46,619 bases of DNA from Asterionella formosa (Eukaryota): contig NKIB01014164.1 in NCBI GenBank assembly GCA_002256025.1, forward strand, positions 1-46,619, given 5' to 3'. A model generated the notes under the pieces. That model made no database searches. It was not told the DNA's origin and saw only the letters and a program-made list of their open reading frames with translations. Positions 12,706-24,272 of this stretch are shown here, in pieces. Position numbers and translations under genes: made by a program. Each line of letters begins with the position of its first letter. The stretch's first letter is position 1.

Positions 12706-15116
12706 ATGACATCGACTTGGAACGGCGCTGCCATGTCCCAATGGGACATGATGGAGAAGGACACAGTCTTGGTATTGAATGACAACGATGAGATTCAGGG
12801 TTCTGCTAGCAAAAGGACCTCGCACGTGTTTGGACCGGACCAACCACGAGGGATTCTTCATCGAGCCTTTTCCGTCTTTTTGTTCGACGCATCCACCAAC
12901 GAATTGTTATTGCAGAAACGAGCCAGTACCAAAATCACCTTTCCCGACGTAAGTGCATATAGCTTCTGCCGGTTCGTTTCTTTCGATTGACAAACAAATG
13001 CCTGAGCACTCATTTCATTTGCAAAACTCGAAATTCCAGGTCTGGACCAACACTTGTTGCTCTCACCCACTCCATGGGATGGAACCCAGTGAAGTCGATG
13101 TATCCATTGATGCCGAGGGGTCCGTGCGAGGGGTCAAACATGCGGCCATTCGGAAATTAAACCATGAACTGGGCATTCCACCAATGCAACTAAATGTTGA
13201 CAAATTCAAATTCTTGACACGTCTCCATTATTGGGCGGCCGATACGGTCACTCATGGACCCAAGGCACCATGGGGAGAACATGAGATTGATTATGTTTTA
13301 ATTTATTGCATTCAAAACAAGAAGGAAATGACTCTGCACATCCATCCTGATGAAGTCGATGCGATTGAATGGGTGACCTTGGAGCAGCTTGAAATGCAAA
13401 TGGCGGATCCTAACTTGTTGTTTTCACCATGGTTTAGGTTGATCCTTCAAAAGTGGTTGAAGCCATATTGGTGGAACAACCTAAAGGAAACTATGGAGAC
13501 GAACAAGTATTGCGATTATGAGACCATTCATAGATTTGATCCTCCAAAGGAACATTTGGGTGGCGCTGGAAATGCCGGACCCTTGTTTCCTGATACCATT
13601 ACTGTCGGGGATGTCAAGTGAGTTTATGATTCTTTCAATCCATCAAAGTTAGTGCTTTCGTATTTACTTACAGTTGCTTTCCTACATGCTCCTTGTTTCG
13701 TTCAGCAAAAAGCAGGGGGGCTATGGCAAAATCAAAACTCATTCGGAATCCAAACTCTATCAATTGACTTTTTTGGACGAAGTTTGGTCTGCCATTACGT
13801 TACTGTACATCAAGCCATTGAAGTCCAATCTCGATACAGAGTATATCCAAAACACTTTTTCCAAAGCTGATCTGGCTTTTTGCGATGAAATTCTTGGAAA
13901 AGTATCTAGATCCTTTGCTGCTGTGATTCGACAACTCCCTCCCACGTTGTTGGTAGACATTATGATCTTCTATCTAGTCTTGCGAGCCTTGGATACCATT
14001 GAAGATGACACAACAGCTTTTGCTTCAAATGACGTTAAAGTCGATCACTTGATTCACTTTCATGAAAAGGCATTGGTAGACCCCCAATGGAGTTTGGACG
14101 GAGTGGGCGAAGCTGACGAAAAGAGACTCCTACAACAATTCCCCAAGTGTCATGCTGTCTTTGCCGCCTTGAAAAGTGATTCCAAATCCATTATTACCGA
14201 CATTACTCACCGCATGGCCACTGGTATGGCTGAATTTGTTGGAAAGGATATGGGACAAGGAACGACAGATGTTGTTGAATACAATCGTTACTGTCACTTT
14301 GTTGCAGGTTTGGTCGGGGAAGGTTTGAGTCGGTTGTTTGCCTCCAGTGGACTGGAAGAACCAAGCCTAGCTTCCCATTTGCATTTGAGTGACCAAATGG
14401 GGCTGTTTTTACAAAAGGTCAACATCATTCGAGATTATTTGGAAGATTACGTTGATGGACGTGCTTGGTGGCCACAGACTGTTTGGAAAAAGTATTCTGA
14501 TACAGGAGATCTTGGATATTTTTGTAACCAAGATGATGCAAAAGTTCGAACAAAGTCTCTCCAGTGTTTAAATGAACTCGTCACTGATGCTCTTGAATTG
14601 GGGCCCGATTGTCTTGCATACATGTCCAAGCTGCAGTGTGTCGAAGTCTTTCGATTTTGTGCTATTCCCCAAGTCATGGCGATTTCTACCTTGGACAAAC
14701 TCTACGCAAATCCTGATGTGTTTACTGGAGTAGTCAAAATTCGCAAAGGTCTCTCCTGCAAACTTTTGCTGAGAACTAACAATTTGTACGAATTGCATTC
14801 CATCTTTCATCAATTTGCCACATCAATTGCTACAAAAGCTCAGAAACGACAAAAGGCTGGACTGGATGATCCCTCCTTTGACCGTACCATGCAAGCTTGC
14901 CATGCCATTATCGAATTGACCATGGCCAAGACAAATCAACACCGTTCTACATCCATTTCTTATTTTGCCTTGGTGGGCTTGTGGGGGGCCGTGCTTTGGA
15001 CGGGAAAGGACCAAATGACCATGATTGCAATTGCTGCATTGATGACGTTCATTGTTAGTCCCTGGCGCGCTCCACCAAACTCGTTGAAACCAGCACACTT
15101 ATTGAAACAGAAATGA
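12706..15116 (+). CDS. IDI-SQS: Isopentenyl-diphosphate isomerase-squalene synthase fusion; exons 12706-12948, 13040-13617, 13706-15116
   Basis: IDI type 1 motifs (LHRAFS, WTNTCCSHP, WGEHEIDY) spliced in frame to SQS motifs (VSRSF, LDTIEDD, YCHFVAGLVG, MGLFLQK.NIIRDYLED, FCAIPQVMA) and C-terminal TM anchors. Confidence 0.95.
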
Positions 15117-15613
15117 TTGTAATGAAGAATTGTAATGGACCTTTTTCTCTCTCTCTCTCCATGTCCGCATGCACTAATTATTACTAGTACTCACAAGAAC
15201 TGTTTCATTTGCAGTCTAGAGTAGATTTTACTGTACTGTACATACGGTAAACCTGCTCTAATCAGCTCAGTCAACTAACCCAGCAACAAACAAGTTCTGA
15301 CAAACAGAAAATCCACCAAAGTTGACGTGGTTTTATGAAAGAAAACCCGATGCATGGTCATTGTGTTGGAATATGTTGTACTATTTCAGTTGTCAATGTC
15401 TTCCTATTTACGGTTCAATCCAATTCTATCTGCTACCGAAGGCTTTTGCTTTGTAAGTGATACATGGGAGGTACCCTTCCCACTAGATCTGATCTGCTTG
15501 TTGCCATTTGCAGCTTGACGTCGTTCCGATAGAATCTGAGTGTGTCGGGAAAAAATAAAAAAATCAGCAAAAAAAACCAAGTTGCAATTGGTTCGAGGAG
15601 GGGAAATTTTTCA

Positions 15614-15619
<6 letters not shown>

Positions 15620-15653
<34 letters not shown>
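15620..15653. repeat. (TA)n microsatellite
   Basis: About 17 TA units. Confidence 0.9.
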
Positions 15654-15656
<3 letters not shown>

Positions 15657-16691
15657 CATTTTAATAATAGAATTACCTCTTCATACTCTTCAATGTCATC
15701 AGTCTTGAGCTCAATGCGAGTTGGTGGTCGTCGGAGCGCCATTTGCTTGTTTCGTTGTTGAAATGTATGTTTGGAACAAAGTTGTTTGTTTTGTTTGTTT
15801 GGGCCGTGGTGTGTGCAAAGTCAAATAAAAATAAAGAAAACAAGAAAACCAAATCGTGCGGCCGTCGGCGCCGGAACAACAACCAACAGAGCGAGTGTGC
15901 TGTGTCTAGGAACGAGTATACCACCAGCACATAGCTGTGGCAGAATGTTGTGATTACCATCAGGCGCGGTTGTACTAGGTACTCTTATGTGCCATCGTTA
16001 GGGTACCAGTACCAGTACCAGGTACCAGGTAGAGAACAGTTCCAAACCAGGTACCTGGCACAGTGGTGCCCCCAAGCAATACAGTACATACATCTGTCCT
16101 GGTCTACGTATATATACTATATGCTGTACAGTCGAGTCTATTGGAAGTATTTAACGGTATATAACGTTTATTAAACGCCCTTCTGCTTGTTTTGGCTCAC
16201 CAATTGCGGAGTAGGTACCGGTAGAACAGTATCATTTTGGTACTCCAGTAGACTACCGGTAGTCTAATAACAGATACGGAGTAACACCTGGTACAAGGGT
16301 AACAGACCATACTGGTATACACATATACCCCTCTGTATGTAGTAAAATAAAGGAGTACAGAACCGGGTGCCTTTAAATTTCTCGCACTTGATGATTTGGT
16401 GTCAGAATCTAAATACAGTCCGTATCATCCAATTACGGTGGTGGTACCAGGTACCTGGTACCGGTATACTCATCGCTCAATGGATGTCAAATCATGATTT
16501 CTATTTTACTACCAGTATATATAGTTACAGGTAGTAAGCTATAATTGTCTCATGCACATCGTGCTCCTTTTTTGGCAACGACCAACACCATTTTGTTTAT
16601 TGTGTATATCCTGGATATCATCTTTGGTGGGTCCTTTTCATTTCAAGTTTTCCCGTTTCGATAGAGGTGATGATATAAGATTGCCTACAAT

Positions 16692-17768
16692 ATGAGACAT
16701 TTCCACACTTTCGTATTACAATTAGTTCTTCTCCTTCTCTTGCCGACTGCAGTACAAAGTACAAAAGTGCATGTTACGCCTTTGAACAATGAAGGCGGAG
16801 TAGACGCAGAATCCAACGACAGTAATGAGGACTGTCGATGGGGTGAACCCTGTTACACCAACGAATCGTCGTCGACTGCACCTAGCATTGATTCCTCCGA
16901 GGGGTCCAACAATAATAATAGCAACTATAACAACAACAACAACAACAACAACAAGAAGGAAAAGCAACAAAGCGTGCCTTTCCTTCGAACGACTCCACCA
17001 GTAACAAAGAAACATGACCCACCATCTGGTTTCATCCTTACGGCACGAGTGTATACCAGCGAACATGACAAAATGGCTCATTTTGATACTACCGAATTGA
17101 CACTGGACTTTTTAACATGTGGCGTTGCGGGGAGTACAACAAGTGGGATACCCATCCAACATGCCTACTTCCGACATGCTCTGTCCAGTAGTAAGCCAGC
17201 TGTATATCAGGGAACTGAATATGGACCGCATCCACAACTGTTGATTGCATTGTCAACTATAAAGATGGAACTCAATTCAGGTGAAACCAGAAATTTTAAT
17301 GAAGGATCGGTGGTGTTGCTAGAAGATGTTGTAAGTGGAGGACACAAACTCACGTCACCCAATGATGGAGATGTGCTGGTGTTGCTCCTTACATTACCAC
17401 AACATTATCATTACGTTGGAAAAGAACGAACGAGTCTTCCGAATGGTCAACGATTGCAATGCAAGGAGGATGGTACATTGCACCGGAAATTGACGAGAAA
17501 ATATATTCTTGGGGGGATCGGGGTGGGATTCACATTGATCATTGCGGATTGGATGGGTAAGGTGGCACCTTTATGGTTGAGTGTGGGTATTGGTGGTGGA
17601 TGTTTTGTTGTTGGTGGTACATGGTTACTGGTTGAAGGAGGCGATCGCTTGGTGGATTCAATTGAATATATGGTGGAGCAACGGAGAATGAAGCAAGAGG
17701 GTGAAGTTGATGCACTTGAGATGAAACCCATGGTTATGGATTCAGAGCCTCTGGTGCACGTGAGCTAA
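16692..17768 (+). CDS. Signal-peptide protein with a cupin-like domain and two C-terminal TM segments
   Basis: Hydrophobic N-terminus, poly-Asn, PHPQLLI...GETRNFNEGSVVLLED..SGGH cupin-like motif, two Gly-rich hydrophobic helices. Confidence 0.7.
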   Translation: MRHFHTFVLQLVLLLLLPTAVQSTKVHVTPLNNEGGVDAESNDSNEDCRWGEPCYTNESSSTAPSIDSSEGSNNNNSNYNNNNNNNNKKEKQQSVPFLRTTPPVTKKHDPPSGFILTARVYTSEHDKMAHFDTTELTLDFLTCGVAGSTTSGIPIQHAYFRHALSSSKPAVYQGTEYGPHPQLLIALSTIKMELNSGETRNFNEGSVVLLEDVVSGGHKLTSPNDGDVLVLLLTLPQHYHYVGKERTSLPNGQRLQCKEDGTLHRKLTRKYILGGIGVGFTLIIADWMGKVAPLWLSVGIGGGCFVVGGTWLLVEGGDRLVDSIEYMVEQRRMKQEGEVDALEMKPMVMDSEPLVHVS

Positions 17769-18196
17769 TGACACAAGAATTGCAAGAAAATTTGCAGTGT
17801 GACTCGACGGTGTACAAGTGTCGCGATTTCTGTGAATGCATTATTCCACGAAGGGTTAGATTTGATCTGTTAATATTGTGTATTGAATGGGATGGATGTT
17901 TGATTTCAACCATTTTGATAAAGGAGTCTCAAGTAGCAGAGATCATCAGGACTTGAATAATGGCGTACTTTTGCAATCACTTTGAAAATCTGGAATTAGG
18001 AAGGACGTCCTAGTTATCAGCAAACTGTGATTGTAGCAGTTAACGAATTTGAGATGAAATGAGCTACTAGGGAACTATTTTTGGTTTGCTACTTCTTTCG
18101 ATCAATGCAATAAGTAATGAATGGTGGACTATTTATTTGAGGTAACTGATTGCAACTCCATTTGTTCAAAAGGAAATGGAGAACCGTACGCGAAGG

Positions 18197-20593
18197 TTAG
18201 AGAACAACTGTCGTCACACGAGCTTGCCGTGACAGACGCTGGCCGTCAGAATGTGGAGCGTACATGAGAAGTTCTGCAAAGCTAGAAGGGTCCATGGGAT
18301 TGGTCTCAATTGGGACGGGGTTGGCTTCAATTAGCAACTGTATAGTCTTCATTGTTCTATGATCTTTCGCGAAATAAACGTCCAGTGGCGTACGTCCTCG
18401 AGCATCAACCTCTTTTGCCGCATCCTTCCACTTTTCGAGTAGAAACTTGATGACTTGAGGTGAGGAGTCATAGTAGCATGCTGTGTGCAATGGAGTGAAT
18501 CCAACGGTAGTCTTTTCCTTGAAGATGTTATTGTATTCACCGACTAGTAATCGAACTTTTCTCAGTCCTAGCTTGTGGCGACAAGCAAGGTGAAGCGGTG
18601 TACTGCCACCCTCACCACTTTTCATCATTATGGTAACCGGATTCTTGCCTACCAGATAGGCGATTTTTTCGTAACAAAAACGATCAATCGATGCAGCACG
18701 GTGAAGGGGGATATGACCATGTTCGTCTTTGGTGACAAGACATTTAGGGCGAGACTCTACTAGCAACATCACCTGATCCATTGTATATGCATGTGCAAAC
18801 TTGATTGCTTCGTCAGCTGCTTCAGGAAAGATTTTGTATGTTTTCTCAACCAAAGGAAGTTTTGCACCAAGAAGGCATATAGCTGTCAGTGGGTACATCT
18901 GTTCTTGGGGAGAAAAAGTAGGCAGGTGGTACCTAGCCTTGAAAATACTTTCGTGAAGGTCAGCCAAATTGCTGACTGTTTCTTCATCCAATTTTGCTGC
19001 TTCAGCGGCGATAAATGGATTCAAATCGAGGTGCTTTAGAAGAGTTTTTTCCGCTTCATTTTTTGAGCTCGCCTTGACGCCGTCGTGATGAGTCGATTGC
19101 CCCAAAGTTGGCGCATCTAGCAACTTGGTCTCCTCAGGAGAAATGAACTCAGATGGCTTATTTATTAGCAGTTGTGGTATCAAAGGACAGAAATCTGTAT
19201 TAACTATGGTAGGATACAAATCAGTCTCTCGTCCCTCATAGAGAACTGTTGAAGTTGTCAATTCACAAGGCTTTCCAGGGAAATTCGCAATTCCCAAAGT
19301 GAGTAGCAGGGTGTCTCGTGTCATCCTATTGGGTGCTTCTAGTTGCAAGCGAGCATGGTGCGACAGTAATGCTTTTACCATACCAGCGTCATCGAGTAGT
19401 CCTATTGGAAAAACGAGATCAAAGGCCTTAGGTTGGCATGGATCTGAAGCAGCCGAAACATTCAGAAATGGCCGCAAATGGATTTGATTTAGGGTATTTC
19501 CAGCCAACTGGTAAATAGTAGTGGCGCTCATCACTTTCTTTTTTATGATATTGATTTCGATCTGAACTCGAAACGTGTGCCCTTTGGCGTTGCCTCGTCC
19601 CTTCAAGTTGCTAAACTGAGCACCACGAACCAGCGCTTGACGTGCACCATTGAAAAGAGACACATCCGCGACGATACAACGTCGTGTCTCACAAGTCACT
19701 GTTCGCTTCTCCAATGTTGTTTCTGTCGGTTCGTTTGCTTCCCGATTAAGTTCTCCTCGCTTTTCAAGAGTGATGAGACATTTCAAGCGATGGCCGACAT
19801 CTGTTGGAGAAGGTTGGTAGGCAGCGTAGGTTGCTCCTTTCAGAAGTACCCATTCGACGGGTACTTTCCCTCGAGCTACGATTTGGGCTTCGCAAAATTC
19901 AATCTTGGCGACTTCACCCACTGATCGAAACCACTGAAACTCATAGCCTTGAACAGGACACGGCTGCAATTCCGACAATCGAGTCACCAAAATCGACGAC
20001 GTTGTAGCTGCGGCAGACGTGGCGGGGAGGAGTTCAAATGTTCCAAAGCTGGTCTGAAGAAAGAGATTGCATGTCAAGGATTTGATGACTTCTTTTTCCT
20101 TCGTTGGTTCCGCGGCCGGACGAGCTGCATGGCGCTCTTTTGCTTCGATTGCTGCCGTTGCGACTGCGGAAGCTGCATTCTGAGCTGTTGTAACTGCTGA
20201 TGATGCAATCTGAGAAGTGGCGATTGCCGACACTGCATGCTGAGCGGTTGCAACTGCTGAGGCAGCAATCTGAGAAGTAACCACTACGGATGCTGCATTC
20301 TGAGCAGTTGCAAGTGCTGATGCTGCGATCTGTGACGTTGCAACTGCAGATGCTGCAATCTGAGCTGTGGCTCGAACACGATACCCCCAAGATGACAGCT
20401 TTCCAAGAGTGGAATTATCGGGTTCGACGTTGTCGACTGGTTGTAAATGTTCTGATTTGAATTGTCCTTCGGAACTTTCTGAAATGTGTGTAACAGGTGG
20501 AACTAAAGCTTCTTCGACGAGATGGATTGTGCTTACAAATTGATTCTCGCTCACTCCACAGTTTTTGACATCTCCTATCGTAAGTTTCAACAT
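18197..20593 (-). CDS. Protein with Ala-rich 10-aa repeats, an Ig-like (AIR9 A9-like) domain and C-terminal ankyrin repeats
   Basis: 798-aa ORF; FQWFRS...YQPSPTDVGHRLKC; ankyrin motifs GHIPLHRAA, GSTPLHLAC, GFTPLHTAC, GRTPLD. Confidence 0.75.
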   Translation of the reverse strand: MLKLTIGDVKNCGVSENQFVSTIHLVEEALVPPVTHISESSEGQFKSEHLQPVDNVEPDNSTLGKLSSWGYRVRATAQIAASAVATSQIAASALATAQNAASVVVTSQIAASAVATAQHAVSAIATSQIASSAVTTAQNAASAVATAAIEAKERHAARPAAEPTKEKEVIKSLTCNLFLQTSFGTFELLPATSAAATTSSILVTRLSELQPCPVQGYEFQWFRSVGEVAKIEFCEAQIVARGKVPVEWVLLKGATYAAYQPSPTDVGHRLKCLITLEKRGELNREANEPTETTLEKRTVTCETRRCIVADVSLFNGARQALVRGAQFSNLKGRGNAKGHTFRVQIEINIIKKKVMSATTIYQLAGNTLNQIHLRPFLNVSAASDPCQPKAFDLVFPIGLLDDAGMVKALLSHHARLQLEAPNRMTRDTLLLTLGIANFPGKPCELTTSTVLYEGRETDLYPTIVNTDFCPLIPQLLINKPSEFISPEETKLLDAPTLGQSTHHDGVKASSKNEAEKTLLKHLDLNPFIAAEAAKLDEETVSNLADLHESIFKARYHLPTFSPQEQMYPLTAICLLGAKLPLVEKTYKIFPEAADEAIKFAHAYTMDQVMLLVESRPKCLVTKDEHGHIPLHRAASIDRFCYEKIAYLVGKNPVTIMMKSGEGGSTPLHLACRHKLGLRKVRLLVGEYNNIFKEKTTVGFTPLHTACYYDSSPQVIKFLLEKWKDAAKEVDARGRTPLDVYFAKDHRTMKTIQLLIEANPVPIETNPMDPSSFAELLMYAPHSDGQRLSRQARVTTVVL
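20161..20370 (-). repeat. Coding tandem repeat, 30-bp unit x7 with a 60-bp higher-order period
   Basis: Encodes AQIAASAVAT/SQIAASALAT/AQNAASVVVT/SQIAASAVAT/AQHAVSAIAT/SQIASSAVTT/AQNAASAVAT. Confidence 0.85.
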
Positions 20594-20867
20594 TGTTTAG
20601 CAATATAATGCCTTCTTCCTTCTTTGAATTATTATTGATCAGTTACTTCTTCCGGTAGCGTTATTATTTTGTGGGAAGCTTCTGAAAGTGACAATAGAAA
20701 TTTGAAACAATTTGAAATCCATGGAAGCCAAAAAATGACGAACATTGCCAAAAAAGCGGAGGTCGTAATTTCAAAATGAACAACATAAATGTGAATGTAT
20801 TGTACATCACGCTTTGCATGCTTGAAAATTTCCCGCAACACTATCTCGTTTACATCAAAATAAAGCA

Positions 20868-22001
20868 TTATTGATGTTTCTTCTTTTTTGTTTTCTTCTT
20901 CTTTCCTGACGATGGTTTCAGTTTCGCATCCTTCCACCGATCAGTAATATAACTTGGTAATGGACGATAAGATGAATTGTCTTTTGCACCAAAGCAATAT
21001 ACCAAATGTGACAACCTGTGTCGTGCATTCATTTTCAGTCTAAGATCGAAATGAAATGCAGTGTGCTCACAATCTGTTGTCCCGTCCTCTTCATAGCCGC
21101 TATATCGGGCAGTTCCGTTCAGCAATGACATTCGATAAATTGCAAAGATACTAAAGGATGATTCCACCTCAATCAAACCATTGGGCCATGATGAGGCGTT
21201 GTCAAAGAGGCTAGTCAGGTTATGTTCATATATGTCAAAGTCGTCGAAATACGGATTGTCTTGTCCCTTGAACAAAAAGTTGTGTGGCAGCATGACCGGA
21301 TGTCGGAAGGCCCACCAGTCGTAATAAGGAATTTGTCGAAACGTCAAAACATCCCATTGGTCTCCTAGTTCCCATATTACGTACTTGAATATATTCGGAT
21401 CGTAGTTCCCTTCCCAGTCGGATGAGCAAATCATATCTGGATCCATCATGACCATGTAGTCATAGTGTGCATAGTGCTGTTCGGCATACTCCAACACAAT
21501 GTTCCGTGCCTTGGCAAGTCGTAATGTCTTTGGTGCGTAATTGTCGCCTAGTCCTTTTTCGAGGAGCAAATGGTCGTTCGCGCCTGGAACATTGTCTTGC
21601 ACTAAAATGGTACAAATACTTGTATTACCACCTCATTGGTTCAGCAGTTCATTACGAGTGTTGTCCGTGGAATCATTTTCGTAAAACACAAAATGAAACT
21701 CGCGTGTTATTGTTTTGGCCAAGGCAATAAATTTTGGAACATTGTCCTTGGCGCTGATTTCTATGTTTCGCCAAACGGCACAAAAGACAATCTTGGGCAA
21801 GATGTACGGCACGCGTCGTTGTCCGGTGATTGCAGGTTCCGGTAGTAGTGCCGTGGAATCGTTGTCATAGTAAAAGTTGAAGCGAAAATTTTTGGATGGA
21901 ATTCCTTGTAGAAGGAAAAGTGAAGAAATTGTAATTAGCGCAAGTGCAAACGGCAGGATTCGGATCAACTGACGGTGACTTAAGAAAACGCTAGCCGACA
22001 T
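20868..22001 (-). pseudogene. Type II membrane GT-A glycosyltransferase (CAP59-like motifs) with one in-frame TGA at 21635-21633
   Basis: Two ORFs in the same frame read YENDSTDNTRNELLNQ*GGNTSICTILVQDN...; LAKARN, MMDPD (DxD), VESSF..FAIY and DCEH..FH motifs; N-terminal TM. Confidence 0.7.
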
Positions 22002-22147
22002 TCTCTCAGGCTGCAACAACAGAAGGGAACGACAGAGAAATGAAGACTGGACACGTTTGTTTTGGCCATTGTTGATTCCAAAAGTAAGAACCGTCTTCTA
22101 CTGTAAGGCAACAAGAGAGGTTCGATCTGTTACGTCACGTCAATTTA

Positions 22148-23260
22148 TGTTAATCTCATAAGTATACCGGTATACCGGTATATGTATTTGGAGACGGACA
22201 GACGGAAATTCTGACGCGTCACCTAAATGATAATGACACACGATTAAGCTATGTTGGCAATTTGCGTTGGGCAATAGAATTAGGCCGCATTGATCTGGCA
22301 CATACAGGTGCAACAATGGCCACATTCATGGCAGCACCCTGCAAGGGACACATGGTCGCCATTTTGAGAGTTTTTGCTTGTTTACGAAAACACATTTCTT
22401 GTAAGTTGGTTGTTGATCCACGAGAACATGATTGGTCCAATAAAATATGGATATCTGCAAATTGGAAAGAATTTTATCCAAACATTAAAGAAGATCTTCC
22501 TTCAAATGCACCAAAACCACGTGGAAAAGCATACAATTAAACATGTTCTGTGATGCATCACATGCTACAAACCTGGTGACAATATGATCTACAACAGGCA
22601 TTATCATCTTTCTGAATGGCACTCCAGTCAAATGGTATTCTAAAAGACAAAATACAATTGAGTCATCAACTTTTGGATCTGAATTTGTTGCATTAAAAAT
22701 AGCAGCAGAAATGAATGATGCCATGCATTATAAGGTACACATGTTGGGTATTCCCATAAGTGAAGCTACAAAAACTTTTTGCGATAACAATAGTGTTGTA
22801 CTGAATGTAACACGACCTGAATCTACATTACAGAAGAAATACAATTCTATCGCCTATCATAAAGTGTGTGAATGTGTTGCAACAGAGGCAATGTGAATTC
22901 ATCATGAACCGGTAACCAGCAACTTGGCAGATGTCTTAAACAAATGGTTACCTCCCCATAAACATCTTGAATTATTTTGTTGCATGTTATGGCATTAACA
23001 TCAAGATGAAAATTAACATTTCCTTCTTGAGGGGACTATGTTAATCTCTTCATATACATATATTTTTGGCGACAGACAGATGGAAATTCTGACGCGTCAC
23101 CTAAATTCTGATTCTCTTGTGCCCTCGACTTTATTTTGTTTTACTTTGTGTAACTTAATAGTTTTTTTACATCTTCCTTTATCCCTTCCATCATTGTCTT
23201 CACCTCTGTACCCCGTTTGTAATCGTTTTCATTGTCTACCACATTAGCGAGATCTTAACA
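22148..23260 (+). mobile_element. Internally deleted, degenerate Copia LTR retrotransposon: partial 5' LTR 22148-22228, RT end and RNase H about 22240-22998, PPT, 3' LTR 23039-23260
   Basis: Both LTRs share TGTTAATCTC...GGAAATTCTGACGCGTCACCTAAAT; LRWAIELGRID, CDASHA, WYSKRQNTIESSTFGSEFVA and CDNNSVV motifs; GAGGGGAC before the 3' LTR; ends TTAACA; AATTT on both flanks (one base offset on the left). Confidence 0.9.
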
Positions 23261-24272
23261 AATTTGAAATGATAAGAGCATGCAAAATCTTGCGAATAAT
23301 TTAAATTTATCTAGCTGTATACAGGTACTCCGCCACTGATTTATATAGCGGTACTCTAGCACTGATAACATACCGAAACCGGTGAACAATTAAGGTTGGC
23401 CCAGAGTACGTTGCGGTTATTGGCAATTAACATCATGGCCTACATTTCAGTTAGAGAAGTTAGTAATATCCAAATCTTGACAATCTCGCCAATAGGCCTT
23501 CTCTCCATCCACCTAATTCAACGTTGGGGCTTTCATTGTCCACATCTCCTTTTCCTTTAAGCCACTATCATCAATTTAGGATCGACCCCTCCGATTAGAA
23601 CAAAACTGATTCGCAGCACCGAAATGCCGAGAGCCGGGGAGATCCCACTCACTCTCTTAACCTAGTAGCTCGTAAGCTTTAAGTCGACTCTGTACCATTC
23701 AGAAACGGTTGGAACCAATCCTGGCTGACAAGAACTGTCATCTTGGATTCAAAGATCATCTAGTGATTCAATTCAGGGGTGGGGGTGGGAAATTTTCTTC
23801 TCCTCCTAGATTCGACCTTGTACCCCGCCAGAGGATGATCAGGTCCTCCGAAGCAACAACCAACAAGAATGAGGCTCAACAAGTGTACAACTTCTCTAGA
23901 ATGCGTTGTGTCAACGAATTCAGAGAGTGAGCTATTTTATCCCTCACAAGCACCAGTGGATGTATACGTAAGTAGTAGTACATATATTATTCTGAGGCCA
24001 ACAGCTGCCCGAATAATTTTACTGACGCTCCTCTGCTGTTCTTCATGTAGTCCTATATCTTAGCTGGAACCACGAGATAATACGTAGAAGTACTGTACAG
24101 TGGTGACTACCGGTATTCGTTATGCATGATAGCAGGCAGGCAGCCATTAGCAATAGAATGAAGGTGTCTGTTAGTTAGCAATAGTGAAAGCGTGAAGGGT
24201 GTCCTTAACCTCGCTTACAATTTTGAAAATTAATCCTTTAAAACAGCTTAACATGTAGCCCTTTATCACTTA

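Noticed and set aside
16004..16466. CCWGG/CCGG/GGTACC clusters as a restriction-modification or CRISPR-like array
   Set aside because: Eukaryotic context, no constant repeat-spacer period, and no cas or methylase genes
173..21635. In-frame TGAs (gag and glycosyltransferase) as evidence of UGA=Trp recoding
   Set aside because: IDI-SQS terminates at TGA, conserved genes use TGG for Trp, and the TE stops are explained by CpG decay
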